Under the pieces are notes generated by a model. That model did not search any database and was not told where the DNA came from. It was given only the letters and a program-made list of their open reading frames with translations. Position numbers and translations under genes: made by a program. Below are positions 1-10,503 of a stretch of 64,000 nt of DNA, in pieces. The DNA is from an uncultured candidate division Zixibacteria bacterium (GTDB lineage Bacteria > Zixibacteria > MSB-5A5 > UBA10806), in NCBI GenBank assembly GCA_963801605.1, contig CAWDFP010000011.1, positions 128,001 through 192,000 of the forward strand. Direction: 5' to 3'. Positions within the stretch are counted from its first letter, which is position 1. Each line of letters begins with the position of its first letter.

Positions 1-664
<664 letters not shown>

Positions 665-1506
665 TCGGTTCACCGAATCATCGCGGGTGCTGACACTCTA
701 TTCCCGCGAAATGGGTAAAATCAAGGCCGTCGCCAAAGGTGTGGGACGGCCCAAATCGAAGCTCGGCGGCAAGGTCGAGCTTTTTAATCTCATCGAGGGC
801 GATCTCTATAAGAAAGAAACCACCGAGCTTGGGGTTCTAAGCACCGCCGGTTTGCTTGAGGATTTCAAGGGGATTACGGAGGATGCCCGTAAATTCGGGT
901 TCGCCTCGGCCTGGTGCGAGGTTTTGGATCGCACCGCACATTCCGAGGAGCCTCATCCGGAAACCTTTCAGCTTACCTTTGATTATATGAAAACTCTTCA
1001 AACCGCCAAATCAGAGGCGGCCGGGTTGGTATTCTGGGGCGCGCTGATGAAATTCCTGGTCCTTGAGGGTTACGCTCCCAGTCTCGATTCCTGTATCTCC
1101 TGCGGTAAGCCTCCGCAGAAAGAGAGGCTGATGGTCTCGCTGCAACGTGGCGGCCTGATCTGCGGCAACTGCGTGGAGTTGGATGAGCCGGTGGTGGCGA
1201 TTACCTCCGAGGCGTTGGAATTACTTCGCCAAATGGGACAGCAACCGCTTTTGGAGCTCGCCGAACTGCCGATTGATAAACGCACGGGCAGGGCCGTGGC
1301 TGAGGTTATTCTTTCGCTGGCTTCATATCATCTTGACCTGCCCCGCAATTTGAAATCGTTCCGATTTCTGGAAGATTTGACTGATTCGGGAAGGTTGGGG
1401 AGCTAATCGCAAAATGCTTCAGACTCTCTGCAATCCTCCATTTAATAGTCAACTTTTTTATATTTCAAATTATAGATTATAATTATCACTATTTAAATAT
1501 GTCGAC

Positions 1507-1532
1507 GGAACCATCGTATATCTGCATTTGTT
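1507..1532 (+). promoter_or_regulatory. Candidate ECF-sigma promoter GGAAC-N17-TGTT upstream of the FAD oxidoreductase
   Basis: Motif read directly; the same spacing recurs upstream of several other genes. Confidence 0.55.
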
Positions 1533-1662
1533 ATATGACTATTAATTGGGAGCGTTATTGTTCTTTTTACGATACAAGTTAGATTCAAATATCATGGGCA
1601 GCCGTGGATATGGGGTCAGAACCATAAAGCAACATCCAATTGCCTTTCTTAGGGGGATCAAC

Positions 1663-3088
1663 ATGAAAACAATCACGGTGACAAACTACAAAGGTGAGCG
1701 CACTTCGGTCAACCCGGATACCTTCGAAAAGTTAAATACAGGCTTTCGAAATCCGATTCTTAAACCTGGCGACGATGGATACGATAAAGCCAGGACAATC
1801 TGGAACGCTATGATAGACCGCAAGCCGGCTCTTATCGTGCGATGTACGCGGCGTAAGCGATATCAGGCGCGCTCTTGATTTCGCCAGGGAGAATGGAATA
1901 TTGACCGCAATTAGCGGAGGCGGCCATAATATCGCCGGCAATGCCATATGTGACGCAGGCATGGTGATTGATTTATCCGCCATGCGCTCGGTGAGGGTCG
2001 ATCCCTTCACGCGCAAGGCCTATGTCGAACCGGGGGCGACACTCGGCGAGTTCGATCGCGAGGCTCAGGCATTTGGGTTGGTTACGCCACTGGGAATCAA
2101 CTCGACAACGGGCGTGGCGGGGCTGACACTCGGCGGCGGTTTCGGCTGGTTCGTCTCGCAAGTATCGGGCTGACAATCGATAATTTGATCGGCGCGGATG
2201 TTATTACGGCTGATAATAAATTCATCCACGCCAGCGAAACCGAAAACGACGACCTGTTCTGGGCGCTTACGCGGCGGCGGCGGCAATTTCGGAATTGTCA
2301 CCAGTTTCGAATTCAAACTGCATGAGCTTGGTCCGGAAGTTTTAAGCGGATTAATAATTTATCCACTGAGCGAGGCCAGATCCGCTCTAAAAAAGTATAG
2401 CAGTTTTATATCCGGTCTCAGCGACGACGCCAGCGTTTGGGCTGTCATGCGAAAGGCGCCTCCACTGCCGTTTGTTCCGCAGGAGTTTCATGGCAAAGAG
2501 ATAATCGTATTTGGAGTGTTTTACGCAGGAGACCCGCAATCGGCAATGAAGGAACTTGAGCCGGTGCGCCATTTCGGTACTCCGATTGCGGAAATGGTAG
2601 GAGTTCAGCCTTATGTCGGCTGGCAGACTGCCTTTGATCCCCTTCTTACGCCGGGCGCCCGCAATTACTGGAAATCTCACAATTTCACGAAATTTAGCGA
2701 TGGACTAATCGATACGGCGATTGAATATGCCTCAAAACTCCCTGATGATCAAACCGAACTTGCTTTCGCCTTGCTTGGAGGAGCGATAAATAGGATTCCG
2801 GTCGGCGATACCGCGTATGGCAATCGCGATGCCAAATTCCTGATAAACGTTCATGGACGCTGGCAAAATCAAACCAATGACGACAAATGCGTCAACTGGG
2901 CGCGCAATCTTTACAAGGATTTAACACCATACGCCACAGGCAGCGTCTACGTTAATTTCCTGACTGGTGAGGAAACGGATCGCATCAAGGCCGCGTACGG
3001 ACCGAATTACGATCGTTTGGTTTCTATAAAAAAGAAATACGATCCCAATAACTTTTTCAGGATAAATCAGAACATTCGGCCGAACTGA
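1663..3088 (+). CDS. FAD-binding oxidoreductase, BBE/6-hydroxy-D-nicotine oxidase-like, with several frameshifts
   Basis: [49 protein letters not shown] and the C-terminal BBE motif [23 protein letters not shown], spread over consecutive ORFs. Confidence 0.9.
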
Positions 3089-3115
3089 TTTTGTAACCTA
3101 AATATCTGTGAGTAT

Positions 3116-3146
3116 CCCGTGCGGTCAGGTCTCCGAACCTGACCGC
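3116..3146 (+). repeat. REP-like palindrome (family A)
   Basis: cccgt-GCGGTCAGGT-ctccga-ACCTGACCGC; a near-identical copy is at 6980-7011. Confidence 0.8.
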
Positions 3147-3352
3147 TGCGCACCTATGTAATTGTGGAAGTTGTTACCGAGGCCTTGCCAGAGACTCAGG
3201 ACCTCCTCCGGCATCTTGCCAAATCCCCAAATATTGATTATTATAGGCATGATCATTTTTCCGTTCCGGCAGGTCGTAGACCGTGAAGCGGCATGACCTG
3301 ACGGCAAAATCAAGGCTTGAGCAATGTTATTATTTTAGAATAGGAGTCTCAC

Positions 3353-4665
3353 TTGGCCAAGAAAGTCGCAACCGATCCATTCATGGATAAACTGGTGTCG
3401 CTCTGCAAGCGGCGCGGTTTCGTGTTTCAATCATCCGAAATCTACGGGGGCCTGGGCTCCTGCTGGGATTACGGCCCGTTGGGTGTCGAACTAAAGAACA
3501 ATGTCAAACGTTTCTGGTGGGAGGCGATGACTCATCGCCGCGATGATATCGAGGGTCTTGACGCCGCTATCCTGATGGCGCCGCAGGTCTGGGTGACATC
3601 GGGCCATGTGGAGGGGTTCACCGATCCGCTGGTCGACTGCAAGAAATGCAAGATGCGTTTCCGCGCCGATCAGGTCGACAGCAAGGTCTGTCCCAATTGC
3701 GGCGGCGAACTGAGCGAGCCGCGCATGTTCAATCTCATGTTCAAAACCTTCATGGGGCCGGTCGAGGACGATACCGCGGTGGTCTATCTTCGTCCGGAGA
3801 CCGCCCAGGGTATCTATGTCAATTTCCTCAACGTGCTGCAGCCGTCGCGGCAGAAGATACCGTTCGGGATCGCCCAGATCGGCAAGGCGTTCCGCAACGA
3901 GATCACGCCCGGCAATTTCATTTTCCGCACCCGCGAGTTCGAGCAGATGGAGATGCAGTTCTTCGTGCATCCCTCGGAGGACGAGAAGTGGTTCGATTAC
4001 TGGAAAGAGCAGCGCTGGAAATATTATCTGGAGCTTGGAATCAACCCCGCCAAGATGCGCTGGCACGAGCATGGCCCCGACGAACTGGCCCATTACGCCA
4101 AGGCGGCTTACGATATCGAATATGAGTTCTCGTTCGGCTGGAAAGAGGTCGAGGGTGTTCACAACCGCACCGATTTCGATCTCTCCCGTCACGCCAAGGC
4201 CTCCGGCAAGGATCTGAGCTATTTCGATCAGGAGCGCAACGAGAAGTTCATCCCGTATATCATCGAGACCTCCGCCGGCGCCGACCGCACCACGCTGGTT
4301 TGTTTGGTCGATGCTTACGCCGAGGAGGAGGTCAAGGGCGAGCAGCGGGTGGTGCTGAGGCTTTCGCCCAAGATCGCCCCGATCAAGGCGGCGATATTCC
4401 CGCTGGTCAAGAAGGATGGTATGCCCGAGGTGGCCGATAAGATTTATCACGAGCTAAAGAAGCATTTCAAGGTCTTCTACGATGACGGCGGCGCGGTGGG
4501 ACGTCGTTACCGTCGCATGGACGAGGCCGGCACGCCGTATTGCATCACTGTCGACGGCCAGACGCTGCAGGACGAGACGGTCACCGTCCGCGACCGCGAC
4601 AGCATGGTGCAGACCGGAATAAGATTGCGGAGTTGGTGGATTTGATAGGGGAGAGGCTGAAGTAG
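3353..4665 (+). CDS. glyQS: Glycine--tRNA ligase, homodimeric GlyQS type; probable indel near the 3' end
   Basis: [42 protein letters not shown] and an anticodon-binding domain. An alternate frame gives a normal tail ..[13 protein letters not shown] ending at 4665. Confidence 0.97.
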
Positions 4666-4684
4666 TAATCCAAGCATATCGAGC

Positions 4685-4730
4685 GGGGGCGTATTGCATT
4701 CGCACAGATCCGTAGGATACGCCCTTATAC
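4685..4730. repeat. REP-like palindrome (GGGCGTAT...ATACGCCC class)
   Basis: gggggcgtattgcat...ggatacgcccttatac inverted repeat immediately after glyQS. Confidence 0.6.
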
Positions 4731-4884
4731 TTAAGATTGGGAAATTGATAGAATTATTCTTGGGGAAATTGAAGCAAGCAAGACAAATGGTTCGAGCTGA
4801 AAAGCCCATAATGGTGTGAAATAGATTAGATATATCAGCATTTCGATCAAAAATTATGATTTTATTCAAGAATAAGGATTAGAT

Positions 4885-6087
4885 ATGCACAAAACAATAA
4901 ATAATATCAACTTGGCGGGTTTCGCCGATCAGGAGGGGCAGCCAGGAGATAATATTATAAATCTTATTAAAGAAGGATTTGCCATATCAAATTCAGATCA
5001 ATTCTATGTTTACGCGGAACAAATCGCAAATATCATTTTTCCAAAATTGGGTATTCCCGATGCCTGGAATAGAACAAATAGATACGTAGCTGTAATCCAT
5101 CCCGACCTCACCGCTGACATTTATCTTGACGATTTTCAGGTAAAGGCTAAGGCTATCGCAAGCAGAGCTATCGAAAAGGGCCAATTAGTATCTTCGTCAG
5201 ATATAAAGGAAATAATTGAGGTTAATCTTCCTGATATTCAATTAAACCCAAATGATCAATTTATATTTTTGTTACGAATCGGTTTAAGATTTGGGATATA
5301 TTTTGATTTGTCGAGAGAAATTGAGATGGATAAAATGCCATTAAAATTGGCTGAATTTCATTCATCCTTATTATTTCAAAGAACTTTGGATGATATTATT
5401 GCTGACCTGCAATTAAGAAACTATGACATTTATATAATTACCGAAGGAAAAACGGACTGGAAGCATTTGGAAAAAGCTTTTCAAAAGATTAGTTATGACA
5501 AGAAAATTAGGTTTTCTAAAACAGAGGATGAACTTGGCGACACTGGTTTGTTAGGAATATGTCGCAGCGAAATTCACTTACCGTTTCACGATAAACCAAT
5601 AATATGCATATTTGATAGGGATAACCCAAAAATAATTAAACAATTGACCCAAAAAACTGAGGATGGCACCGAATTCCAATATTGGGGTAATAATGTATTT
5701 TCGATCATGCTACCCATTCCTGCGGATCGAAAGGATTATGAAAATATATGCATCGAGATGTATTATGCAGATGAAGTTATCAAGCGGGAAACAAAGGACG
5801 GCAAAAGATTATATTTTGATAATGAGTTGAAAAAAATAATTATGCCAGATAATAGTATTAGGAGAATACCTATTCCCCCGGAGAATAATGTGGAATTAAC
5901 AAAGAAATTAGCTTCTGATAATTCAGACAATATTGAAGACTCTTTAGGCCAAAAAAAGGGAATTTCTAAAACTGTGTTCGCCGATCTTATATATAATGAA
6001 GAAAATCCGTTCAATAATATTAATTTCGAGAATTTTGAATTAATCACGGAAGTAATTGAGAAAGTACTTAATCATAAACCTGTTTAA
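4885..6087 (+). CDS. AT-rich hypothetical protein with C-terminal TOPRIM-like nuclease domain
   Basis: IITEGKTDWKHL and ICIFDRD match the TOPRIM E and DxD motifs. The DNA is markedly more AT-rich than its neighbours. Confidence 0.7.
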   Translation: MHKTINNINLAGFADQEGQPGDNIINLIKEGFAISNSDQFYVYAEQIANIIFPKLGIPDAWNRTNRYVAVIHPDLTADIYLDDFQVKAKAIASRAIEKGQLVSSSDIKEIIEVNLPDIQLNPNDQFIFLLRIGLRFGIYFDLSREIEMDKMPLKLAEFHSSLLFQRTLDDIIADLQLRNYDIYIITEGKTDWKHLEKAFQKISYDKKIRFSKTEDELGDTGLLGICRSEIHLPFHDKPIICIFDRDNPKIIKQLTQKTEDGTEFQYWGNNVFSIMLPIPADRKDYENICIEMYYADEVIKRETKDGKRLYFDNELKKIIMPDNSIRRIPIPPENNVELTKKLASDNSDNIEDSLGQKKGISKTVFADLIYNEENPFNNINFENFELITEVIEKVLNHKPV

Positions 6088-6113
6088 ATTTCGATTTTTC
6101 TGATGCCTTTTTT

Positions 6114-6144
6114 GGTGTCGGAAAGTAGTTTCCGACACCACGGG
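6114..6144 (-). repeat. REP-like palindrome (family A variant)
   Basis: Reverse strand reads cccgtGGTGTCGGAAActacTTTCCGACACC. Confidence 0.7.
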
Positions 6145-6253
6145 TTGGATATCAAGCCCCGCGTGCATGGCATGTGTCCTCTCATGCCATGCTTTTTTCT
6201 AGCAGCGCGGTGAATGGGGCCATACACGGCGCACACGGTACTTTCCACATCGC

Positions 6254-6384
6254 GTCATTGCGAGGAGTCCATTTGGACGACGAAGCACTCCCCCGCATAA
6301 AGCCGGGGTATCCATATAAACAAGTGACGCTTTGTGCGAGGAGATTGCTTCGGTTTGTCCGAGGCGGCGGGACGCCGCAATGAC
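6254..6384. repeat. Long palindromic RPE/MITE-like element
   Basis: Ends GTCATTGCG...CGCAATGAC with inner arms GAAGCACTC / GAGATTGCTTC. Confidence 0.7.
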
Positions 6385-6551
6385 ATCTTGTGGTTAATGG
6401 CGTAAGATTCGGGAGGAAACGCCATTGAAAGCCACTTATATGTTTTACAAAGATTCCATTCTTGACTGCCCGATCCTGCTTGCTATATTTACCGTTGTAA
6501 TAAACAAAGTCGGGATGGAATCGTAAAAACATTTAAATTAAAGGGGGCATT

Positions 6552-6913
6552 ATGCTTTATGTTGATGGATATGTTATTCCGGTGCTTAAGAAAAACGTAC
6601 GGGTGTATTTCCGCATGTCGCGCATGGCGGGCAAGGTCTTTATCGAACACGGCGCGCTGGAGTACAGGGAATGCGTCGGCGATGACCTCGAATTCAAAGG
6701 TATAACGTCGTTTCCAAGGCGCTGAAAATTAAGCCGCGGCGAAACGATTGTCTTTTCGTGGATCGTCTTCAAGTCGAAAGCGCATCGCGATAGGGTCAAC
6801 GCCAAAGTAATGAAAGACCCGAGACTGGCCTCAATGATAAACCAGAGTGCGATACTATTTAATCACCCAAGCGCATGGTTTGCGGGGGATTCAAAATGAT
6901 GGTGAAAGCATAA
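6552..6913 (+). CDS. DUF1428 (YbaA-like) family protein, indel-disrupted, absent from the ORF track
   Basis: MLYVDGYVIPV..EHGALEYRECVGDDL..GETIVFSWIVFKSKAHRDRVNAKVMKDPRL..KRMVCGGFK. RBS AAGGGGG. TTGACT-N16-TATATT at 6462-6489. Confidence 0.85.
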
Positions 6914-6979
6914 CCCATTACATAAATTTCATTGCGCAGCAGGCCTCCTGGCCTGCCTCTTCGATAGTATAAGAGCTTA

Positions 6980-7058
6980 CCCGTGCGGTCAGGTCTCCGG
7001 CACCTGACCGCTTAGGGTGTCGGCTAAAGGTGTCGGGTACGGAGACCCGACACCACCG
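6980..7058. repeat. Inverted pair of REP-like palindromes (REPIN/BIME-like)
   Basis: cccgtgcggtcaggtctccggcacctgaccgc (6980-7011) faces reverse-strand ggtggtgtcgggtctccgtacccgacacc (7029-7057). Confidence 0.75.
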
Positions 7059-7080
7059 GTAATAATTCCACTCCATTATT

Positions 7081-7107
7081 GGAAACGCTTTCTCCCAATA
7101 AATCGTT
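7081..7107 (+). promoter_or_regulatory. Candidate ECF-sigma promoter GGAAAC-N17-CGTT
   Basis: Read directly, about 75 bp upstream of the YciI gene. Confidence 0.65.
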
Positions 7108-7183
7108 ATAGATTATCATAAGAATAGCAGAACCGGGGGATATGGATATCCTCGATAACCGCTAATTTCAAGGGGGGTAATGA

Positions 7184-7603
7184 ATGCGTTACATGATGAT
7201 CGTCAGAGCCAATAAGGAATCGGAAACCGGTGACTTACCAGATAGTGAAATGATCGCGGCGATGACTAAATTCAACGAGGAGATGGCAAAGGCCGGGGTG
7301 CTATTATACGCCGAGGGTCTGCATCCAAGCTCCGATGGCGTCCGGATAAAGTTTTCCGGCAAGAACCGCACCGTTATCAACGGGCCGTTTCCCGATAATG
7401 AACTCATCGCGGGTTACTGGATTATTCAGGTCAGGTCCAAAGCCGAGGCGATTGAATGGGCCCGGCGCTCGCCCAATCCGATGCATGGCGATTCCTATAT
7501 CGAACTGCGCCAGATATACGAAATGGAGGAGTTCGACGACGTGATGACTCCAGAACTCAAGAAACGCGAAGAGCATATCCGCGAGCAGGTAGGGAAGAGG
7601 TAA
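7184..7603 (+). CDS. YciI/DGPF-domain protein
   Basis: MRYMMIV, EGLHPSSDGVRI, INGPF..ELIAGYWIIQVRSKAEAIEWARR and IELRQI. Confidence 0.9.
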   Translation: MRYMMIVRANKESETGDLPDSEMIAAMTKFNEEMAKAGVLLYAEGLHPSSDGVRIKFSGKNRTVINGPFPDNELIAGYWIIQVRSKAEAIEWARRSPNPMHGDSYIELRQIYEMEEFDDVMTPELKKREEHIREQVGKR

Positions 7604-7610
7604 GCATGCA

Positions 7611-7652
7611 TGTCGGGTTTCTCGTTCAAAGGGACTCGGAACCCGACCTATA
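7611..7652 (-). repeat. REP-like palindrome (family B)
   Basis: Reverse strand taggtcgggttccgag...cgagaaacccgaca matches the copy at 22131-22175. Confidence 0.8.
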
Positions 7653-7742
7653 AATCTATCAAGAGCAATTTGATAGTTAGATTCAGATTGCTTCGGGTTT
7701 TGTTTGACACAAAACCTCTCGCAATGGGCAGGTTATTATGGT

Positions 7743-7766
7743 GTGTCGGGTCGCCTGACCCGACAC
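7743..7766. repeat. REP-like palindrome
   Basis: GTGTCGGGTC-gcct-GACCCGACAC perfect hairpin sharing the TGTCGGGT core. Confidence 0.65.
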
Positions 7767-7773
7767 CGCAAGC

Positions 7774-7801
7774 AGGGCCGGGCATGCTCGGCCCTTTTTT
7801 T
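7774..7801 (+). terminator. Rho-independent terminator
   Basis: AGGGCCGGGC-at-GCTCGGCCCT followed by a T-tract. Confidence 0.8.
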
Positions 7802-7889
7802 ATTTAGAAAATTACTGCTATCAATTTGAATATATGATATAATAATATCAAAATAATCCGGTAACGGTTTTGATATTGGATCAGACACT

Positions 7890-8660
7890 ATGAACAAACT
7901 CGCAATAAACGCACTTGGCGCTGAGCTTGAAGTATCAGCCGCATATTGCAGGGTAGAGGGCCTGGGACTTGAAATAACTGATTTCGCCTATCCGCAGAAT
8001 CTCGATTGCGATCCGGCTCCGCTAATCAGCCGCCATATCAAGGCGGTTGATGGAATTACTCCGCTAATTTTGCATGGCCCATGTTTTGATTTAATAGTAA
8101 CCAGCCTCGACCCCAAAATAATAGAGGTATCTCGAAAGCGCCATACGGCCGCTCTCGCCGCCGCAAGAGCAATCGGAGCCACTTATTATATAGCTCACAC
8201 AAATTATAATCCACTTATTCGGAACCCATCTTACCAAAATAACTGGTGCTCGCGCAGTCTGGATTTCTGGCTTCCTTTCGCCGATGAGGCCGGCAAACAC
8301 AACATAATAATCAGCCTTGAAAATCTCTGGGAGCCTGTTCCCGATATCCAGGCCGAGTTGGTATCGGCCGGCAATCATCCAAATCTTCGAGCCTCATTCG
8401 ACAACGGCCATGCCCTTGTATTTTCCAGAATCCCCGCGAGCGGGTGGTTTGCCACTCTTGGACCTCTATTAGCACACTGCCATCTGCATGATAATTCGGG
8501 TGAGTTAGATGAGCACAAGCCAATTGGCGATGGCAAAGAAAACTGGAAAGAGCTCGTTGCTGCCATTGCGAAATATTCCCCGCAGTCCATTCTCGTGGCC
8601 GAATCCGATAAACTGCACAGTAACAGGCTGAGTATTGGAAGGCTGAAAGCTTTATTATAA
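7890..8660 (+). CDS. Sugar phosphate isomerase/epimerase (xylose isomerase-like TIM barrel)
   Basis: Metal-binding motifs LHGP, SLENL, FDNGHA and HCHLHDNSGELDEH. Confidence 0.85.
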   Translation: MNKLAINALGAELEVSAAYCRVEGLGLEITDFAYPQNLDCDPAPLISRHIKAVDGITPLILHGPCFDLIVTSLDPKIIEVSRKRHTAALAAARAIGATYYIAHTNYNPLIRNPSYQNNWCSRSLDFWLPFADEAGKHNIIISLENLWEPVPDIQAELVSAGNHPNLRASFDNGHALVFSRIPASGWFATLGPLLAHCHLHDNSGELDEHKPIGDGKENWKELVAAIAKYSPQSILVAESDKLHSNRLSIGRLKALL

Positions 8661-8720
8661 TCATCAAAAAAAAGCATCCGACGACCGCCGGACGCTTCAA
8701 AATCCCCCCTTGTTTTCCTG

Positions 8721-9113
8721 CTACCTGTTAGGCAATTTTTCGTAAGCCTTGGTTGTGGCTGGCTGGACCTGGCCGCCAAAATCCAGTAGAAGCTCATTTT
8801 GCTTTGGCGTGGGGCCGTTGGGCGATATACCCTGGCATTCCATCAGGATTTTTTCCCGGAACCAGACATCGAAAGGCGCATCCGATTTCATCAATATCTC
8901 ATAGAACTTGGCGGGATTGTCAACATCGAGCGATACGATGCCCATATCTCCGTTTGGCGTTTCCTGCAGCCAGAATTGCGCGGAATGCACCCCCATATTT
9001 TTACGCGATTGTTTGAATTCATCCCAATGCGACGTTCTAATCTGTCGCATATATGTTTTCAGGTTCTCCGTTTTGCCGGGAACGATATGAATTGCGAACG
9101 CATACTTAGCCAT
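8721..9113 (-). CDS. Uncharacterised ~130 aa protein, paralog P1
   Basis: Shares PGKTE, WLQ.TP.GD and WFREK.L.EC.G with three other ORFs in the window. RBS GGAGG. Confidence 0.85.
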   Translation of the reverse strand: MAKYAFAIHIVPGKTENLKTYMRQIRTSHWDEFKQSRKNMGVHSAQFWLQETPNGDMGIVSLDVDNPAKFYEILMKSDAPFDVWFREKILMECQGISPNGPTPKQNELLLDFGGQVQPATTKAYEKLPNR

Positions 9114-9219
9114 ATTAGCCTCCCTTTTAACTGTTGATGCTTAAGTTATAAATTCATATTAAAATTACAGCGTCAGATACTATAAACCTGACGCCAGTAA
9201 TTAATCTTAGTTAATTCCG

Positions 9220-9612
9220 CTATTTCTTCCGCGCCTCGGCGAAAGCCTGAACCTTGCTCGGTTGGCCCTGGCCGCTAATATCGAGAATAAGTTCATTCCG
9301 ATCAGGCGGAGGAATATCGGGCATGGCGCCCTCACATTCGATCAGAACCTTTTCTCTGAACCATTTCAGAACAGGTTCGTCGGATTTGAAAATCTGTTCA
9401 AAAAAGCTGGTCGGATTTTCGACATCCACCCAAACGACACTAAAATCGCCCATTGGTGATCTCTGGAGACGCGCCTGGGCGCTGCGCGCCCCAACTGAAT
9501 GCATCGCCTTCACGAAATCATCCCAGCGCGTGGCCTTAAGCTCATGCATATATTTTAGCCAGGTTTCGGTTTTGCCCGGTACAATCGGTACCGCAAATGT
9601 GTAGATTGCCAT
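9220..9612 (-). CDS. Uncharacterised ~130 aa protein, paralog P2
   Basis: Same family motifs as P1, P3 and P4. Confidence 0.85.
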   Translation of the reverse strand: MAIYTFAVPIVPGKTETWLKYMHELKATRWDDFVKAMHSVGARSAQARLQRSPMGDFSVVWVDVENPTSFFEQIFKSDEPVLKWFREKVLIECEGAMPDIPPPDRNELILDISGQGQPSKVQAFAEARKK

Positions 9613-9851
9613 ATGGCCCCCCTTCGGATAATGTTACGTCTAAGTTTAAAATTCAATTTTCATACCAACGAACTCACAGGATAGTTCCTCTTCTTTTCAA
9701 TTGTTCAAATCCTGCGAAATAAATAATATTTGCCCATGAATTTTCGAATCCGGCGATTAAAGATCGGCAGTGTTTACTATTAAGCAAACAATTCTAATAA
9801 TAAAAGCGCCCGGCAACTGTCGGACGCCTCAATTATAGCCCCCTTTTAAAA

Positions 9852-10244
9852 CTATCTCTTGCGCGTTTCGGCGTAGGTTTTCTCATCAACCGGCCGCGCG
9901 ATATAGTTTATTATGGCTTCATTTCTGGGAGGAATATCGGTGACTTTCATGCCATGGCATTCGATCAATACTTTCTCCCGGAACCATACGTCAAATGGTT
10001 CATCCGACTTCATAAAGCGTTCAAAGACGCGGGTAGGATTATCGGCGGGACTTTCCCAATAGACTACAACCATATCACCCATAGGGGTGTGTTGCAGCCA
10101 GATCTGCTCGGTTTTATTCAAGCCTGCCCTTTGACGGGACTTGATGAAATCTTCATGACGGGGTCCCATCAATTCCTCGATATATTTCTTCCACGCTTCT
10201 GTTTTACCTGGTAGAAGGGGTACTGCGAATGCATAATTTGCCAT
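9852..10244 (-). CDS. Uncharacterised ~130 aa protein, paralog P3
   Basis: Same family motifs. RBS GGAGG. Confidence 0.88.
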   Translation of the reverse strand: MANYAFAVPLLPGKTEAWKKYIEELMGPRHEDFIKSRQRAGLNKTEQIWLQHTPMGDMVVVYWESPADNPTRVFERFMKSDEPFDVWFREKVLIECHGMKVTDIPPRNEAIINYIARPVDEKTYAETRKR

Positions 10245-10302
10245 TCGATGCCTCCATTTTACTTAGTTGACAATGAAACTCATATTCAATTACATACAAA
10301 TA

Positions 10303-10329
10303 AACGAGGATATGCTGTGATTTGTTTCC
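10303..10329 (-). promoter_or_regulatory. Candidate ECF-sigma promoter GGAAAC-N17-CGTT for P3
   Basis: Reverse strand reads GGAAAC aaatcacagcatatcct CGTT. Confidence 0.65.
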
Positions 10330-10394
10330 TTTTCCCAATATGTATTATTATTCCACTCCTTCGATTAAAATATAATTATAGACAAGCATTATTC

Positions 10395-10421
10395 GGGAAC
10401 GCTGTTTTTCGATAAGCAGTT
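10395..10421 (+). promoter_or_regulatory. Candidate ECF-sigma promoter GGGAAC-N17-AGTT for the DinB gene
   Basis: Read directly; divergent to the P3 promoter. Confidence 0.55.
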
Positions 10422-10503
10422 TTTTGTCAGGCAAATGAAACGGAGCACCCATAAAATATAAATAAGTATCGCGCGAAACAAATTTGGCAAAAACGGAGGG
10501 CAT

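Noticed and set aside
3089..3352. T-box or glycine riboswitch upstream of glyQS
   Set aside because: No T-box consensus or aptamer motif was recognised, and the structure is explained by REP-like hairpins.
3491..4450. 319 aa antisense ORF in glyQS, and similar shadow ORFs at 21124-21867, 17543-18268 and 37505-38185
   Set aside because: These are mirror frames of well-supported genes with no recognisable motifs.
4666..6400. Retron (TOPRIM gene plus structured flanks as msr-msd)
   Set aside because: No reverse transcriptase is in the window, and the hairpins belong to repeat families seen elsewhere.
6415..6445. GGAAAC upstream of DUF1428 as another ECF promoter (also 16441 and 57240)
   Set aside because: No GTT lies at the conserved spacing, and DUF1428 has a sigma70-like promoter instead.
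6723..6725. In-frame TGA in the DUF1428 gene as selenocysteine or readthrough
   Set aside because: A compensating indel pair restores the family-like FPKALKIKPGE, and the position is not a Cys equivalent.
3116..7766. Repeated palindromes as a CRISPR array
   Set aside because: Copies are dispersed, in both orientations, without regular spacers, and no cas genes are present.
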